64,000 bases of DNA from Neocallimastix sp. 'constans' (taxonomy: Eukaryota). Both the position numbers and the translations under genes were made by a program. The DNA lies in NCBI GenBank assembly GCA_050613775.1, contig JBODTK010000011.1, forward strand, positions 1,054,001-1,118,000, in the 5' to 3' direction. Positions 1 through 12,400 of the stretch are shown here, piece by piece. The notes below the pieces were generated by a model. The model saw nothing but the letters and a program-made list of their open reading frames with translations, ran no database searches and had not been told where the DNA came from. The number at the start of each line of letters is the position of its first letter. Within the stretch, counting starts at the first letter, position 1.

Positions 1-3000
1 TTTTTCTTATGTACATTCCTATCCATAACTTCACCAGTCTGAGGATCGCATAAGGTTATGGTATTGAATTCCGATTTACCTACCTTTAAAGGTCCTAAGA
101 AGTAAGGATCTAGTTTTCGTCTATTTAAGTAACGTACTAGAACTAAGTCTCCACTTTTATAAGTGTTTTGCATTCTTTTTATTTGCTTACGCCTATCTCT
201 CCACAACAGATTGGCGTTCTCAATATTATCTATCGCTTCATTTATCCACTTCCTATGAATAAGGAATTTTCTTAGAATATATTCTTCTCGAGTCTCATTC
301 GGTTCTTGCCTGTCGAGATTAACCAGTAGTTCGAAGGGTTGTTTATCCCTTCTTCCATACAGAAGTTCGAAACTTGAAAATCCGGTCTTCTCGTTCTTGG
401 TTGTTCTTAGAGCCCACAATGCAGAGGGTAATACTTCATCCCAATCTCTACATTGCTCACTTAACAAACGTAGGTATTTTCCGATTTGTTTATTTCGATT
501 TTCTACTTTACCATTGGTTTCTGGATGGTAGGGAGTAGAAGGTTTTAAATACACATTATAAATATCAAGGAATCCTTTGGTTTGATTCGAAATAAACTGG
601 GGACCGTTATCAGAAATAAGTATTTCTGGAATACCGTGTCTACTGAATACTTCAATCAAGAATTCAATGACATCTGAGGATTCTATTTTATTTACGGCTT
701 TGGCCTCAACCCATTCCGTAAAATAATCGACTAATACAATTATGTATTGGTTATTACGCTTTGTAACATACAACGGACCGACTATATCCAATCCAACTCT
801 AACAAAGGGAGCTTCAGCTGGAGTAGGAATAGTTTCTTCTTTAGGATAAGGTCTGTTTCTAAATGCTTGACATTTTGGACATGTTTTTATTGTTAACTTC
901 ACATCTTTTAACATATTTGTCCAATAATAATCCCTTTTTAATCTATTATAGGTCTTGAAGATACCTTCATGACCGAGATTATGAGCATTTAAGAGTAATT
1001 TTACTTTTTGTTCCTTAGTTTTAATAATCTTTCGAAGATTATTATCTTCTTTATAGAATTCTTCACCATCAACTTTAATAATTATCCATTAAAGATGTAG
1101 CAGACAAATTAGTAGCGTTCACTTGGATAACAGGATTCCGGGATAATGCATCGGCAAGTATATTCTTTCTACCATCTTCATAATGCACTACGACTTTAAG
1201 CATACTAAAGGTTAAGATCCAATTTGTGAGTTGTCTATCATTGTCTACGGGTGATTTGGATTTAAACAAACTTACGAGGGGTTTATGATCAGTGATCAGG
1301 ATAGTTTCAAAATCGTTTCCTGTAATAAAAGCTTTGAATTTCATTACGCAATAATAAGCAGCAGCGCCTTCTAGCTTAGTTATTGGATAATTCTTTTCTT
1401 CTTTCTAGATCTACTTTCGTAATAAATAGGAAATTCTGTTTTATCATGTTTTTGTAATAGAACTCCTCCAAAACCATTATAAGAGGCATCAGTTCTTATA
1501 ATGAATTGTTTGGAAAAGTCAGGATACTTCAATAATGGGTAATTGATCAAACGTTCTTTTAAAATATCGAAACATTCTTGACATTCGATTGACCAAAGAA
1601 ATGGTACATCTTTCTTGAGTAAATTATATAAACAATGGGCTATCCTGGATAAGTTTGGTATAAACTTACGGTAATAGCCTACAATACCAAGAAAAGATCT
1701 TAATTTACTCACATCGGTTGGAGGATCCCAATTTTTAATTGCCTCCACCTTCGTCATCACAGGTTTAATACCATTAAGTGTAAGCATGTGGCCGAGGACT
1801 TCAACTTCTTTCATGAAGAAATTGCACTTCTCTATATTAATTTTAAGTCCGTTTTCCTTGATTATTAGAAAAACTTTTTCCAAGTCCAAGAAATGTTGTT
1901 CTAAACTAGGGGAAAATATTACAAGATCATCAATATAAACAAACATACATTTTCCAATTAAGGGAAAGAATATCCTATTCATTTCCCGTTGAAAGGTGGC
2001 CGGCGCATTGGTCAAACCAAACGGCATTACAACAAAGTTATAGTTTCCAAACATTGTTGTAAAACTTGTCTTCTCGATATCATTTTTGTCCATTGGAATT
2101 TGGTGGTAGCCAGAAAATAAATCAATAGTACTAATGGCTTTAACTTCACCACCAATCGAAAAGAGAATTTCTTCTATAAAGGGGATGGAATACGAATCTT
2201 TTATTGTTAATTCATTAAGTTTCCTGTAGTCAACGCATAATCTCCATTTACCATTCTTCTTCTGGATTAGCACGATAGAAGATGACCACGTATAGTGTGA
2301 GGGTACTATTAATTTCTTATTAATTAATTTAGTTATTTCTTCCTTTAAAATGTCGGCTTTAGCTTTTGATAGACGATAAGAACGTTGTTTAACTGGTTGA
2401 CTTCCTTCTTTTAGTATTATAGAATGAGGAAGTAATTTAGTTTCATTCAAATCATCGGTACTGATGGCAATAATTTCGTCAAATTTATTTAATAAATCTC
2501 TTATACTTTTTACAAGATCTTCATTATTGGAACCAATTCTGGTAGACAGAATTCCATTGAGCTTATGGGATCTATCGTTCTTTTTATTTTCATTCTCATT
2601 ATAGTTAAATAGGACAACTTCGTCAAGTATGACTTCGTCAGTACCTACATTATATGGAATAAAGATTCCATTCTCCTCGTCCTTTCGAGAGGATTTATCC
2701 ATCGACAAAATTAAGTTACAAAGTGCACCATCTGGCACATCACCATCAGATAAATCATCTTCAGTCTTGGTTTCGTCACTTCGATCTAGTTTTTCCAGGT
2801 TTTCGATGACTTCCCAAAGATCAAATTTATTGGCGATATCATTAATTTTCTTTGTATCTAAATTAGAATTTATCTTACATAATTCTAATGTAATGGGATT
2901 AATAAATAAATAATTTTCGATAATAGTCTCGTAACATATGATAATGTCGAATAAAAGGTTGTCTCTTTCCACAAGTCTGAAATTAGCATTAAATGTATGG

Positions 3001-3977
3001 GATCCAATAGTTAAAGGTAAATTGTATATAAGACCAGGTTTAGAATCGGAATCAGACAGAACTTGAACAATAGAACACGTAGCAATTCCAACTGGTTGCG
3101 GTTTGTTCGGTAGTTTATCAAAATAGCTCTTTGAAATTAAATTGATACCGGCACCATAATCTAGATATACTTTAGAGGGAATATCAAACATTTTGCATCT
3201 TGAGATAGCAATTTTTCCTTTATGAACTAAATTAACGATAGGATTATCCTTATCTAACTTTAAATTCTTGACAAGATCGGCTCTAACCTTCGGACTGACA
3301 TCAAGCAATTGAGCATAAGAGATGTTTGCAGGAGTAGAGTTCAAGTCTTTCACTATACTATAACTTGGTTCGTTGCTAATCAACTTGATATGCTTTGGAA
3401 TACTTCTCTTCTTGATTTTCTTGTTATCTTGTATATCTTCCTCCATGGTTAATTCTTCTATCTCTTCCCTATTATCATTCATTGGAGAGGGGTCTTTCGG
3501 ATTTTTATCTGGATTCTTCGGCTTTTTCTTCACATACTTCTTATCTTCCTTCTTTTCATTCTTCTTTTCCACTTCCATGTTCTCCTTAATGCTATTTATT
3601 TCTTTCAATCTTTCCTCTTTGTTAGTTTTCTTAACTGTTTCGATCCTTGGTTGGGCTATTATGGATGGATGGATTACTTCCAAGGGTTCGATGGATGGAT
3701 GGATTACTTCGATGGGTTCATTAGTTGGGCGGATTACCTCTAAGGGTTCAACATCCATAGCCTTTTCCTTGCCCTTGTCTAACCTTTTCATAGCGGGAGT
3801 ATTAGAAATAGGTTGAGGATCATCTTTCAATGATCTCCTTCCTTCAGAGCCTGGTTCATAGACCTTCATCTTCTGTTGTTCAATAACAGTCTTTTTCCTC
3901 TCGGCTCCAAACATCTTGATTTTTCCGTCGCTGATGTTAGTTTGATTTACGAGAGCTAACGGACTCTCCTTTAGAAG
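1..3977 (-). pseudogene. pol: pol of element A, with frameshifts near 1400 and 1080
   Basis: ORF 1380-3914 has PR (LDYGA), RT (WRLCVDYRKLN, MPFGL, YIDD) and RH start (TDAS). ORF 1075-1344 has TDHKPL and ADALSR. A further frame, read by hand, is open from ~1080 to base 1 with HHCC, GLDIVGP, SDNG, NGKVE and DPYFLGPL. Confidence 0.9.
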
Positions 3978-4831
3978 TTTTTTGGTTTATCTTCCTTTAA
4001 AACTTCTTTCTTCTGTTTATTTACTCTTTGAGTTAGAAGTTTAAGTAAACTTTCGTCGTCGTAAGGATAATTATAGCCTTTATGTCCTTCTTCTCCACAT
4101 CGGTAGCATTTACTGTTGGCCGTATGATATAAAACTGGAACATTAGGAGAGCTTGATTTTCTCCTATTGTTCGAGGAATAGTTTTGGAATAACCTTGGTG
4201 TGTCCGCTTCTTCTTTCTGGTAATGTTTACCTGAAGTTACTTCGGCTAGCCTGCACGGTTTTATAAACGGAGGTAAGAGTGGAGATTCAATATGGTTACG
4301 TACTTGATTTCCCCGTTCTCTGTCGAAATCTAGTAGTTTTTGGATCTTTTCAGCTGACTTGCATGCTTCTTCTATCGTTTTTACTCCATCATAAACGACA
4401 GCATGGCAAGCTTCCGGTCTCGGCCCAATAGCGTGTAAGTAGTCAGCAATCCTTATCCCGTCCTTTAGGTCGTCGCTGACCCTACCATAGAGGTCTAAAT
4501 AAGCTTCGTTGAATTCTGGAATGCTCTGGTTATCTTGTATAACCAGAGCTTTGATCTTGTCATAAGTTTCCATTTTTGTTAATTGTGTGGCTTGTAATAA
4601 GGTAGCCTTGATCTGTTCCAATTTCGGAAAGGTAGAACTCTCTTCCTTCAGCTTAGCAATGGTTTTCCGGGCTTCTCCTTCAGATACCAGGTAGGCTAGA
4701 CGGTAGCGTGTTTCATCCTCGGTTATCTTCCCCAATTCCATAAGGTTAGAGAAGTCTTCATACCACCTCTCCACAGATTTCCTATCTACTTCCTTAAGAC
4801 GAGGTAGCACATTAATTATTCCATAATCCAT
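3971..4831 (-). CDS. gag: Gag of element A
   Basis: 286-aa ORF upstream of pol; degenerate zinc knuckle CYRCGEEGHKGYNY; ends at slippery A AAA AAC. Confidence 0.85.
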   Translation of the reverse strand: MDYGIINVLPRLKEVDRKSVERWYEDFSNLMELGKITEDETRYRLAYLVSEGEARKTIAKLKEESSTFPKLEQIKATLLQATQLTKMETYDKIKALVIQDNQSIPEFNEAYLDLYGRVSDDLKDGIRIADYLHAIGPRPEACHAVVYDGVKTIEEACKSAEKIQKLLDFDRERGNQVRNHIESPLLPPFIKPCRLAEVTSGKHYQKEEADTPRLFQNYSSNNRRKSSSPNVPVLYHTANSKCYRCGEEGHKGYNYPYDDESLLKLLTQRVNKQKKEVLKEDKPKNF

Positions 4832-4977
4832 TTTGTTTATTTTTTTACAATTTAATTTAATTATTTTTTTGTTTATTATAAATTTTTTTTATATGATTTC
4901 AAACTTATTTATTTATCTTAGTTATAATTATTAAAGTATTAAATGTTTTCATTAGTAATATTTACTTCGATGTATGG

Positions 4978-4994
4978 TCCTGCATAGCTCGCCA
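4978..4994 (-). promoter_or_regulatory. Primer-binding site of element A, probably tRNA-Arg
   Basis: Minus strand TGGCGAGCTATGCAGGA resembles the TGGCGAGC.. tRNA-Arg(ACG) PBS of other gypsy elements; flanked by the inverted repeat TTCGATGTA/TACATCGAA. Confidence 0.65.
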
Positions 4995-5001
4995 ACTTTC
5001 T

Positions 5002-5400
5002 TGGTCCATTACATCGAACTCCTAATTTATTTAAGGTAAATATTCTAATATTCCAATTAATACACAATAATTTATTATTATTAAAATATTTAATTTCTTT
5101 CTTAAATATTATTTTATTTAATTATCTCTTTATTTATTATAAAATTTTAATTCTCAATTTCTCTTGATCTCAATTTCCCTAAATTGAGATCTCACTAAAT
5201 CTCGAAATTATTTTTTTTTTTTTTTTTTGTTAAACTATTTAACCTCTATTTTTAAATTAAATTACTTCTAATTTCTATATATTTTAAAAATTTAATACAT
5301 TAAATTTTTGTACAATTTTACACTATATTTATAATTATTAATATTTATTTTCCACTCTAAGGCTATATTAATTTTATGGATTTCAATCGGTCTTGTACCA
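5002..5400 (-). repeat. 5' LTR of element A
   Basis: Terminal inverted repeat TGGT..ACCA; both termini resemble the LTR at 63605-63976. The partner LTR lies outside the window. Confidence 0.7.
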
Positions 5401-5404
5401 CAAC

Positions 5405-8400
5405 TGTTATGGTTCGAGGAATTCAAAAAAAAAAATTATATAATATTAAAACACAAAAAAAATTTTATTCTTTCACAATAATTTTTATTTATTTATTATA
5501 TTTTTATTTTAATTTTTATTTTATTTTTATTATTATTTTTATTTATTTATTTTATTTTTATTTTATTTTTATTATTATTTTTATTTATTTATTTTATTTT
5601 TATTTTATTTTTATTATTATTTTTATTTATTTTTATTTATTTTTTTTTTATTTATTTATTTTTATTATTTCTATTTCTATTTTCTTTTTTTTCTCTCCCC
5701 TAAAAAGGGGTTCCAAGGTAGTCAATTTATATCTTTTTGAAGATATAAAAGTAGCAAAGCCTCTGGAAGTAGTTGAAGAGATGGAAAAACAATAGATTTT
5801 TAAATCTTATTGATTATTTCCTTATTGTAATAAATAGAAATTTTATTATTTCCTAATATTCAAATTAACCAAAATAAATCTATAATATAAAAGATGCATT
5901 ATAGATAAGAATTAAACAAAAAAAGAGAAGCAGTATTACAATAAAATTGAATACTTTAACTTAATTTTGATACTAATTTAATATGTAATCTTATATATTA
6001 ATTTGAATGACATAATAGAAAATAAAATACATTTGTTAATATATGAAAAATCTTTTACAATTTTAAATACAGAAAATTTTATTTTATTTATTTCTTTCAT
6101 TTCAATTATTTCTTAATTCGAAAGACAGAAATATTGATAAAGTTATTTAAGTTGTTTATATACAGGAATTATTCCTTATTTAGAAAAATAATACTAAAAG
6201 TAATTAGTACTATGTTATTGCTAAACTCTCATAAATTTAATTTACCTTTATAAGGAATGAACATAAATTTAAATTAAATTTTATGTATAAACTTAAATTT
6301 TCAGATCAAATAATATAGTAAAATTATTAATGTAAAGAATACATAAATTTATTAATATTTTAAAAATCACCTTGACTATATTAAAAGGTTTTTAATAAGA
6401 ATCAATTTATTACTTCATTCTTTATCACAATGTAATAATCTATTTATAATATACTAACTATAACTAGATTATTAATATTTTAAGATATAAAAATTTATAC
6501 TTAACTTTATATAGAGTTTATTATAAATACTAAATATTGAAATAAACAAAAAGACTTTATTTTCTTTTAATTTATTATATAGCATTATATAATAATAACT
6601 CTAATTTCTTTAATCAAAGAAATTTGAGTTCTTTTATACTTTTTTATTTATAATTATTTTAATAGATGAAATTATTAAATAGATGTAATTATTAAATAAA
6701 TAAAATAGATAAGATAAAGTTAACAAATCAAATAAAGGTATCTAATCTTAACAAATTGATATTCAGGAAAAGGTTAGTAGAAAAAACCTGAATAACTTCG
6801 ATTAATATTCTAATATATTAATCATCGTATTAATTAATAAAAACCCAATCATAATAATATTGGGGAAAAAATTAATTAACCGATTGCTAAAATCTTATAA
6901 ATTATCAACTAATTGAAATAATAAAATATAAATAATATTTTTAAGTAATTAATACATTACAACAAATTTGTTTACATTATTTTTCAATATATTAATTTGG
7001 ATAAATTAATATATTTTTTACATGTTAATAAATATTGAAATATAAATGAAATATAAATTAATTAAATTGTTAAAGTTTTTTAGATAATTTGGTCTTAACG
7101 ATTAGGTCAAGATGCCAAATTATAGTAATTAATTAATAACTTAATTTTACTCTTATTTAAAACATATTGTTATTGGTAAATTTTATAATTAAGTTTTTAT
7201 TTAAAATATAAATTTTATTTAATCTTAATAATATTTTATTACATTATTATTTTATATAATTATTACTATAATTTAAATTACAATAATCCTACAAAGGATT
7301 AATCAAAGAATTTAAATATGTATTTATATAAAATAATTAATTATTAAAATATTAATTATTAATATGAATATGTAAATAATATTAATATAAGTTTGATATT
7401 GATAATATAAAGTTAGATAATAATATAAATATTTAATATAAATAAAATATAAGAATCAAATATTGCTAAATATTATATTTTATAATTAAAATATAATATG
7501 TAGAAATTAATTTAATGACAATCACGTGTTTACATTATTTAATATATATTAAATTCAATATGTTAATTGGTATGGTTCATATAATTTTAGGAATATAATA
7601 ATAATTAACACAAATAATAAAATTACAATAAAAAAAAAATAATTTGTTTTAAAATCAATATTTATTTATTTAAATTTATAAAAGAAAAATAATAATATAA
7701 TTATTTATTTAATAAAAAGAAAGTTATTGATTATATTTTATTTCACTAAAATTACATGTATTTATATTTTTTTATCAAATTAAAATTTGTAAAGCCTAAC
7801 TATTTTTTTAATAAACTAATTACTAATTATTTTTATAAATAAAACATTTAAATTGAAATTGAATTATTATTTTAGTTAATAATATTATTGTTATAAATAG
7901 TAGTTATATATTATTGAATTATTAATTATTTAATAATAGTTTAATACTAATATATATAAAATAAAAATAAAGAGATTATACAGAATATTTTATTGTGGTT
8001 TAGTTAAATTTAGTAATTAAAAATAAATTTAAATTGATAACGAAAATTTTAATAACTAATTAAATAGATTTGATTATTTTCAATATAACATAATACAAAA
8101 GAAATATAATATTAATATATTAAGTGGGCAAGGACAATATTCTTGGCTAAAGATTTTTAATACATTATAATGGAATCGGATCGATAATTCAAAAAGGAAT
8201 TATAAGTTAATTAGTGATTTATTAACTTAAGATTTCTATTTAGTAATATTTGAAGAATATTGGAAAGTTCCAATTATATAGAATAGAATAATCTATAAGG
8301 TTAGAATAATTTATATTATTCTAGCACAATTAGTATTATTTGTTCATTCTGTATTATAATAATATTTAGTAATTAGTTGGCCTAGACTAATTCCTAAATA

Positions 8401-8580
8401 TTTTAATAAAGTTAATTTAATAATAATTATTATATTATTATTATTTATTAATATTGAAGTTCAAATAACTGAATTATTGAAATTGAAATTGAAATTGAAT
8501 TAAATGGAAATTCAATTATTATCTTAACATAAATAAGAAGATAGATTATTTTATAAGAAATAAATCTATATTCTTACACA
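5405..8580. mobile_element. Non-coding LTR-derived unit X bounded by TG..CA and CAAC repeats
   Basis: Start TGTTATGGTTCGAGGAATT resembles the element B LTR start TGTTAAGGTTTTAGAGAATT; ends ..TTACACA; CAAC at 5401-5404 and 8581-8584; no credible ORF. Confidence 0.6.
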
Positions 8581-8584
8581 CAAC

Positions 8585-8883
8585 TGTTAAGGTTTTAGAG
8601 AATTAAATAAAAATAAAGTAAGGAAACACAAATTTTATTTATTTATTTATTATTTTTATTTATAAATTTATTTGATTTTATTTGATGATATTTAAAAATT
8701 AGTAGCAAAATTTACAACTATTTATACTTTTTTTCAAGGCATAAAAGTTGTTCTTGCCACTAAATTACATTTTATTTATTTTTTTTTTTTAAAAACTATT
8801 AAATTTAAATTGATTTTTATAATTAATTATATAAAATTTAATTATAACAATATAAATAAAATACATTTATAATATTAATAAAA

Positions 8884-8948
<65 letters not shown>

Positions 8949-9444
8949 TTATTTATTTAAAAATATCTAAAATATTACTAATAAGAATTTATTTAATTGG
9001 CTATAATTTTTATTACAATCTGTTAAAATATTCAAATAAAAATAAAAATACTATTCTAATATAAAGGTTTTTAATAAAATAAAATATTTTTCAATATAAA
9101 ATAAAACATTTCGATATAAAATTTTATAATAAAAAGTTAAAATATAATATATAAATTTTTAATTATCAATATATAAAAATATTATTAATATAAATTTTCA
9201 TTATTAATATAAAAAAAATAAGATTTATTATTAATATTGCTAATATAAGTTTTAAATATATAAAAATATTACTATTAATATAAGATTTAATATAAAAATA
9301 TAAAGTTTAATATAATTTTTGATTTAATTTTTGATCTTTGGATTTAAAAATTTATTAAAGTACAAAAATAATAATGTACACATAATGTATTAGAAATAAA
9401 TCGTAGATTTAATTAAGAATGCATTATTTAGTACATTCTTATCA
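8585..9444 (-). repeat. 3' LTR of element B
   Basis: Direct repeat of 15759-16617; the only difference I saw is one T in a ~60-nt poly-T run. Confidence 0.96.
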
Positions 9445-9462
9445 AGATGCCCCGACGAAGAC

Positions 9463-12400
9463 TCAAGCTTCTCTGTAAGCGGAGTTAAACTTTACTAAAT
9501 TTTTAAAGTGAACATTCCTATCGAGTTGCTTTCCAGTCTTCTGATCGATTAGGGTTGCCGTGTTGAATTGAATTTTTAAAATTTTAAATGGTCCATTGTA
9601 ATATGGTTCTAGCTTAGTGCGGCTAAAGTTTCTAACAAGAACAAGATCACCAGCCTTTAATTCTTTTCCTTTTTTCATACTTATTTGTTCTTCTCGTCTT
9701 GTTGCCCAATACTTGTTAGCATTCTTCACATTTTCGCATGCTTCTCTAGTCCATTGATAATGACGAACAAATTTTTCCATTAAGATTTCATCATATGATT
9801 TACCTGCATTTTCAATTGTTCTTATGGCTATATCATAAGGCTGTTGGTCTTCTCTTCCATATACTAATTCAAAACTAGAATGTCCAGTAGCTGTATTTTT
9901 GGTAGTTCGAAGTGCCCATAAAGCAGAAGGTAAAACTTCATCCCAATCTTGATTTTTCCTTCCTAATAAACGGAGTAATTTTCCAATTTCTTTATTTCGA
10001 TTTTCAGTAAGGCCATTTGATTCAGGGTGGTAAGTAGCTACAAATTTAACATATACATCATAAAGATCAAGAAAGATTTTAGTCATATCAGAAGTGAATT
10101 GGACTCCATTATCAGTAGTAATAACTTGAGGTACACCATGTCTTGCAAAAACGTTTATTAAAAATTTAATTATATCAGAGGAAGTTATGTTTTCAGTGGG
10201 TTCGGCTTCAACCCATTTGGTAAAGTAATCAACAGTTACTATAATATATTGATTATTATTTCTTGTTTTTGGTAACGGTCCTATAATATCTAATCCTAAA
10301 TGCACAAAGGGACCCTCCACTTTAGTTGGATGGTTTTCGGTTGGTTCTGGATATGGTTGAGGACGATTTAATTGGCATTTTTCACAATTACTAACAATTC
10401 TTTTGATATCTTTAATCATATGATTCCAATAAAAGTTTTTCTTAAGTCTTTGATATGTTTTGTAATATCCTTCGTGGCCAATATTATGAGCTTCTAAAAT
10501 TAATTTAAACCTTTCATTTTCGTCCGTTATTAATTTTCTATAATTTCCATTGTCGATAAAGTAATCTTCACCATCAATAACAGTAAACTTTTCATTAATA
10601 AATTCCTTTATAACCTTAGATAATAATTCTTCATTATTTCCATTAGTAATTTTTGTTAATAATATCTTTCTCTCTTCCTTACTTTTCATTCTTGAAAGAG
10701 CATCAGCTAACACATTCTTTTTGCCTGATTCATATTTTATATTAATTCCAAGCATACTAGCGGTTAGACACCATCTTGTTTGCCTTGCATTCAAAGGTTC
10801 TTTATTCTTAAATAAACCAACTAATGGTTTATGATCTGTGTAAATAGTTGTAGGTAATGGATTTCCTTCAATATAAGATTTAAATTTAGTCATACAGTAA
10901 AATAAAGCTGTTCCTTCCAAATCTGTGATACCATAATTCTTTTCAGTTTTCTTCAAACTTCTACTTATAAAGTGTATTGGATGCTCCTTACCGGTTTCTT
11001 CTTCTTTTTGTAAAAGAACTCCACCAATTCCATTATACGAAGCATCAGTTCTAATGATAAAAGGTTTGTCAAATGACGGAAATTTTAGAATAGGTGCATT
11101 GATTAATTTTTCTTTTAGGAGTTCAAAGCTTTCTTGTTGTTCTTTATTCCATTCATATTTAGTATTCTTTTTCAATAATTTACATAAAGGTGAGGTAATT
11201 TGAGCATATTTAGGGATAAAGTCACGATAATACCCTATTGCTCCTAGAAATGATCTTAATTCATGAATTGATGAAGGGGCTTCCCACTTCTTAATAGCTG
11301 TTATTTTACTTTCCATGGGACTTAATCCTTTAGTAGTAAGTTTGTGACCTAATACATCAACTTCAGTTTGAAGAAAATGGCACTTTTCAATATTAATTTT
11401 TAACTTGTTTTCTTTAAATACTTCTAATACTTGTTTAATATGAATTAAATGTTCTTCGATACTTTTTGAATAGATCAAAACATCATCAATAAATACATAA
11501 ACAAATTCACCAATAAAAGGGAATAAAATTTTATTCATTTCTCTTTGGAAGGTTGAGGGAGCTCCAGTAAGTCCAAAAGGCATAACCTTAAATTGATAAT
11601 TTCCAAACTTAGTAGTGAAAGTGGTTACTTCAACGCTTTCTTCATCCATTAAGATTTGGTGAAAACCAGAAAATAAATCAAGAGTTGTAAATATTTTAGA
11701 TCCTCCGAGACTATCAAAAATTTCATCTATATATGGAACTGAATAAGAATCTTTTTCTGTCATATCATTGACTTTTCGGTAGTCAATACACAAGCGCCAC
11801 TTTCCATTGTGTTTTAGAATGAGTACTACTGGAGATGACCATTCTGAACAGGATGGTTCTATCAATCCTTTCTTAATAAGCTTTGTAAGTTCTTCTTTTA
11901 AGATATCTGATTTTAATTTAGTTAACCTATAACTTCTTAATTTTACTGGCTTTGCATTTGCTTTCAAACGGATCTTATGTGGTGAAAGTTTAGAAGGAGT
12001 TAGTTCTTCTGTTGAAGTGGCAACTATGTCAATCATTTCTTTGAGAATTTTAATAATTTGTTCTTTATAATCTTTATTTAAGGTACTTAAAAATTCATCA
12101 CTCTCAATAAATTCCATTGGAGTTAATTCCTTTATAATTTCCTTTTCATTATTCGTTTCTTTAACTTTTCTAATAGTGCAAATTATACTTTCTTCATCAT
12201 AATATTGATTATTTATTTTAGCTATTTCTTCGTATTCACTTTCTGACAAAAGTTTACATAAACTGTTTAAGGTCGGATGAATAAATAAACAATGATCGAT
12301 TTGAGTTTTAAAGTTTATTAACATATCATAAAATGAGTCTTCTTTCTCAATAATTCTAAAGTCCGCATTAAATTCATAATTATTAATTTTTACTGGTAAT

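Larger units (their letters stand above)
1..5400 (-). mobile_element. Ty3/gypsy LTR retrotransposon A (3' end runs off the window; pol frameshifted)
   Basis: gag then PR-RT-RH-IN order; PBS at 4978-4994; 5' LTR 5002-5400; followed on + by CAAC and a TG-starting unit. Confidence 0.93.

Noticed and set aside
2629..3816. Plus-strand ORFs opposite pol (also 13098-13513, 14230-14454, 58436-60145, 62596-62859)
   Set aside because: Antisense shadows of retroelement coding sequence.
5389..5400. GGTCTTGTACCA (and 63965-63976) as a tRNA PBS
   Set aside because: The 63976 copy directly abuts a PPT and both pair with a TGGT start ~370-400 bp away, so these are LTR termini; a better PBS lies at 4978-4994.
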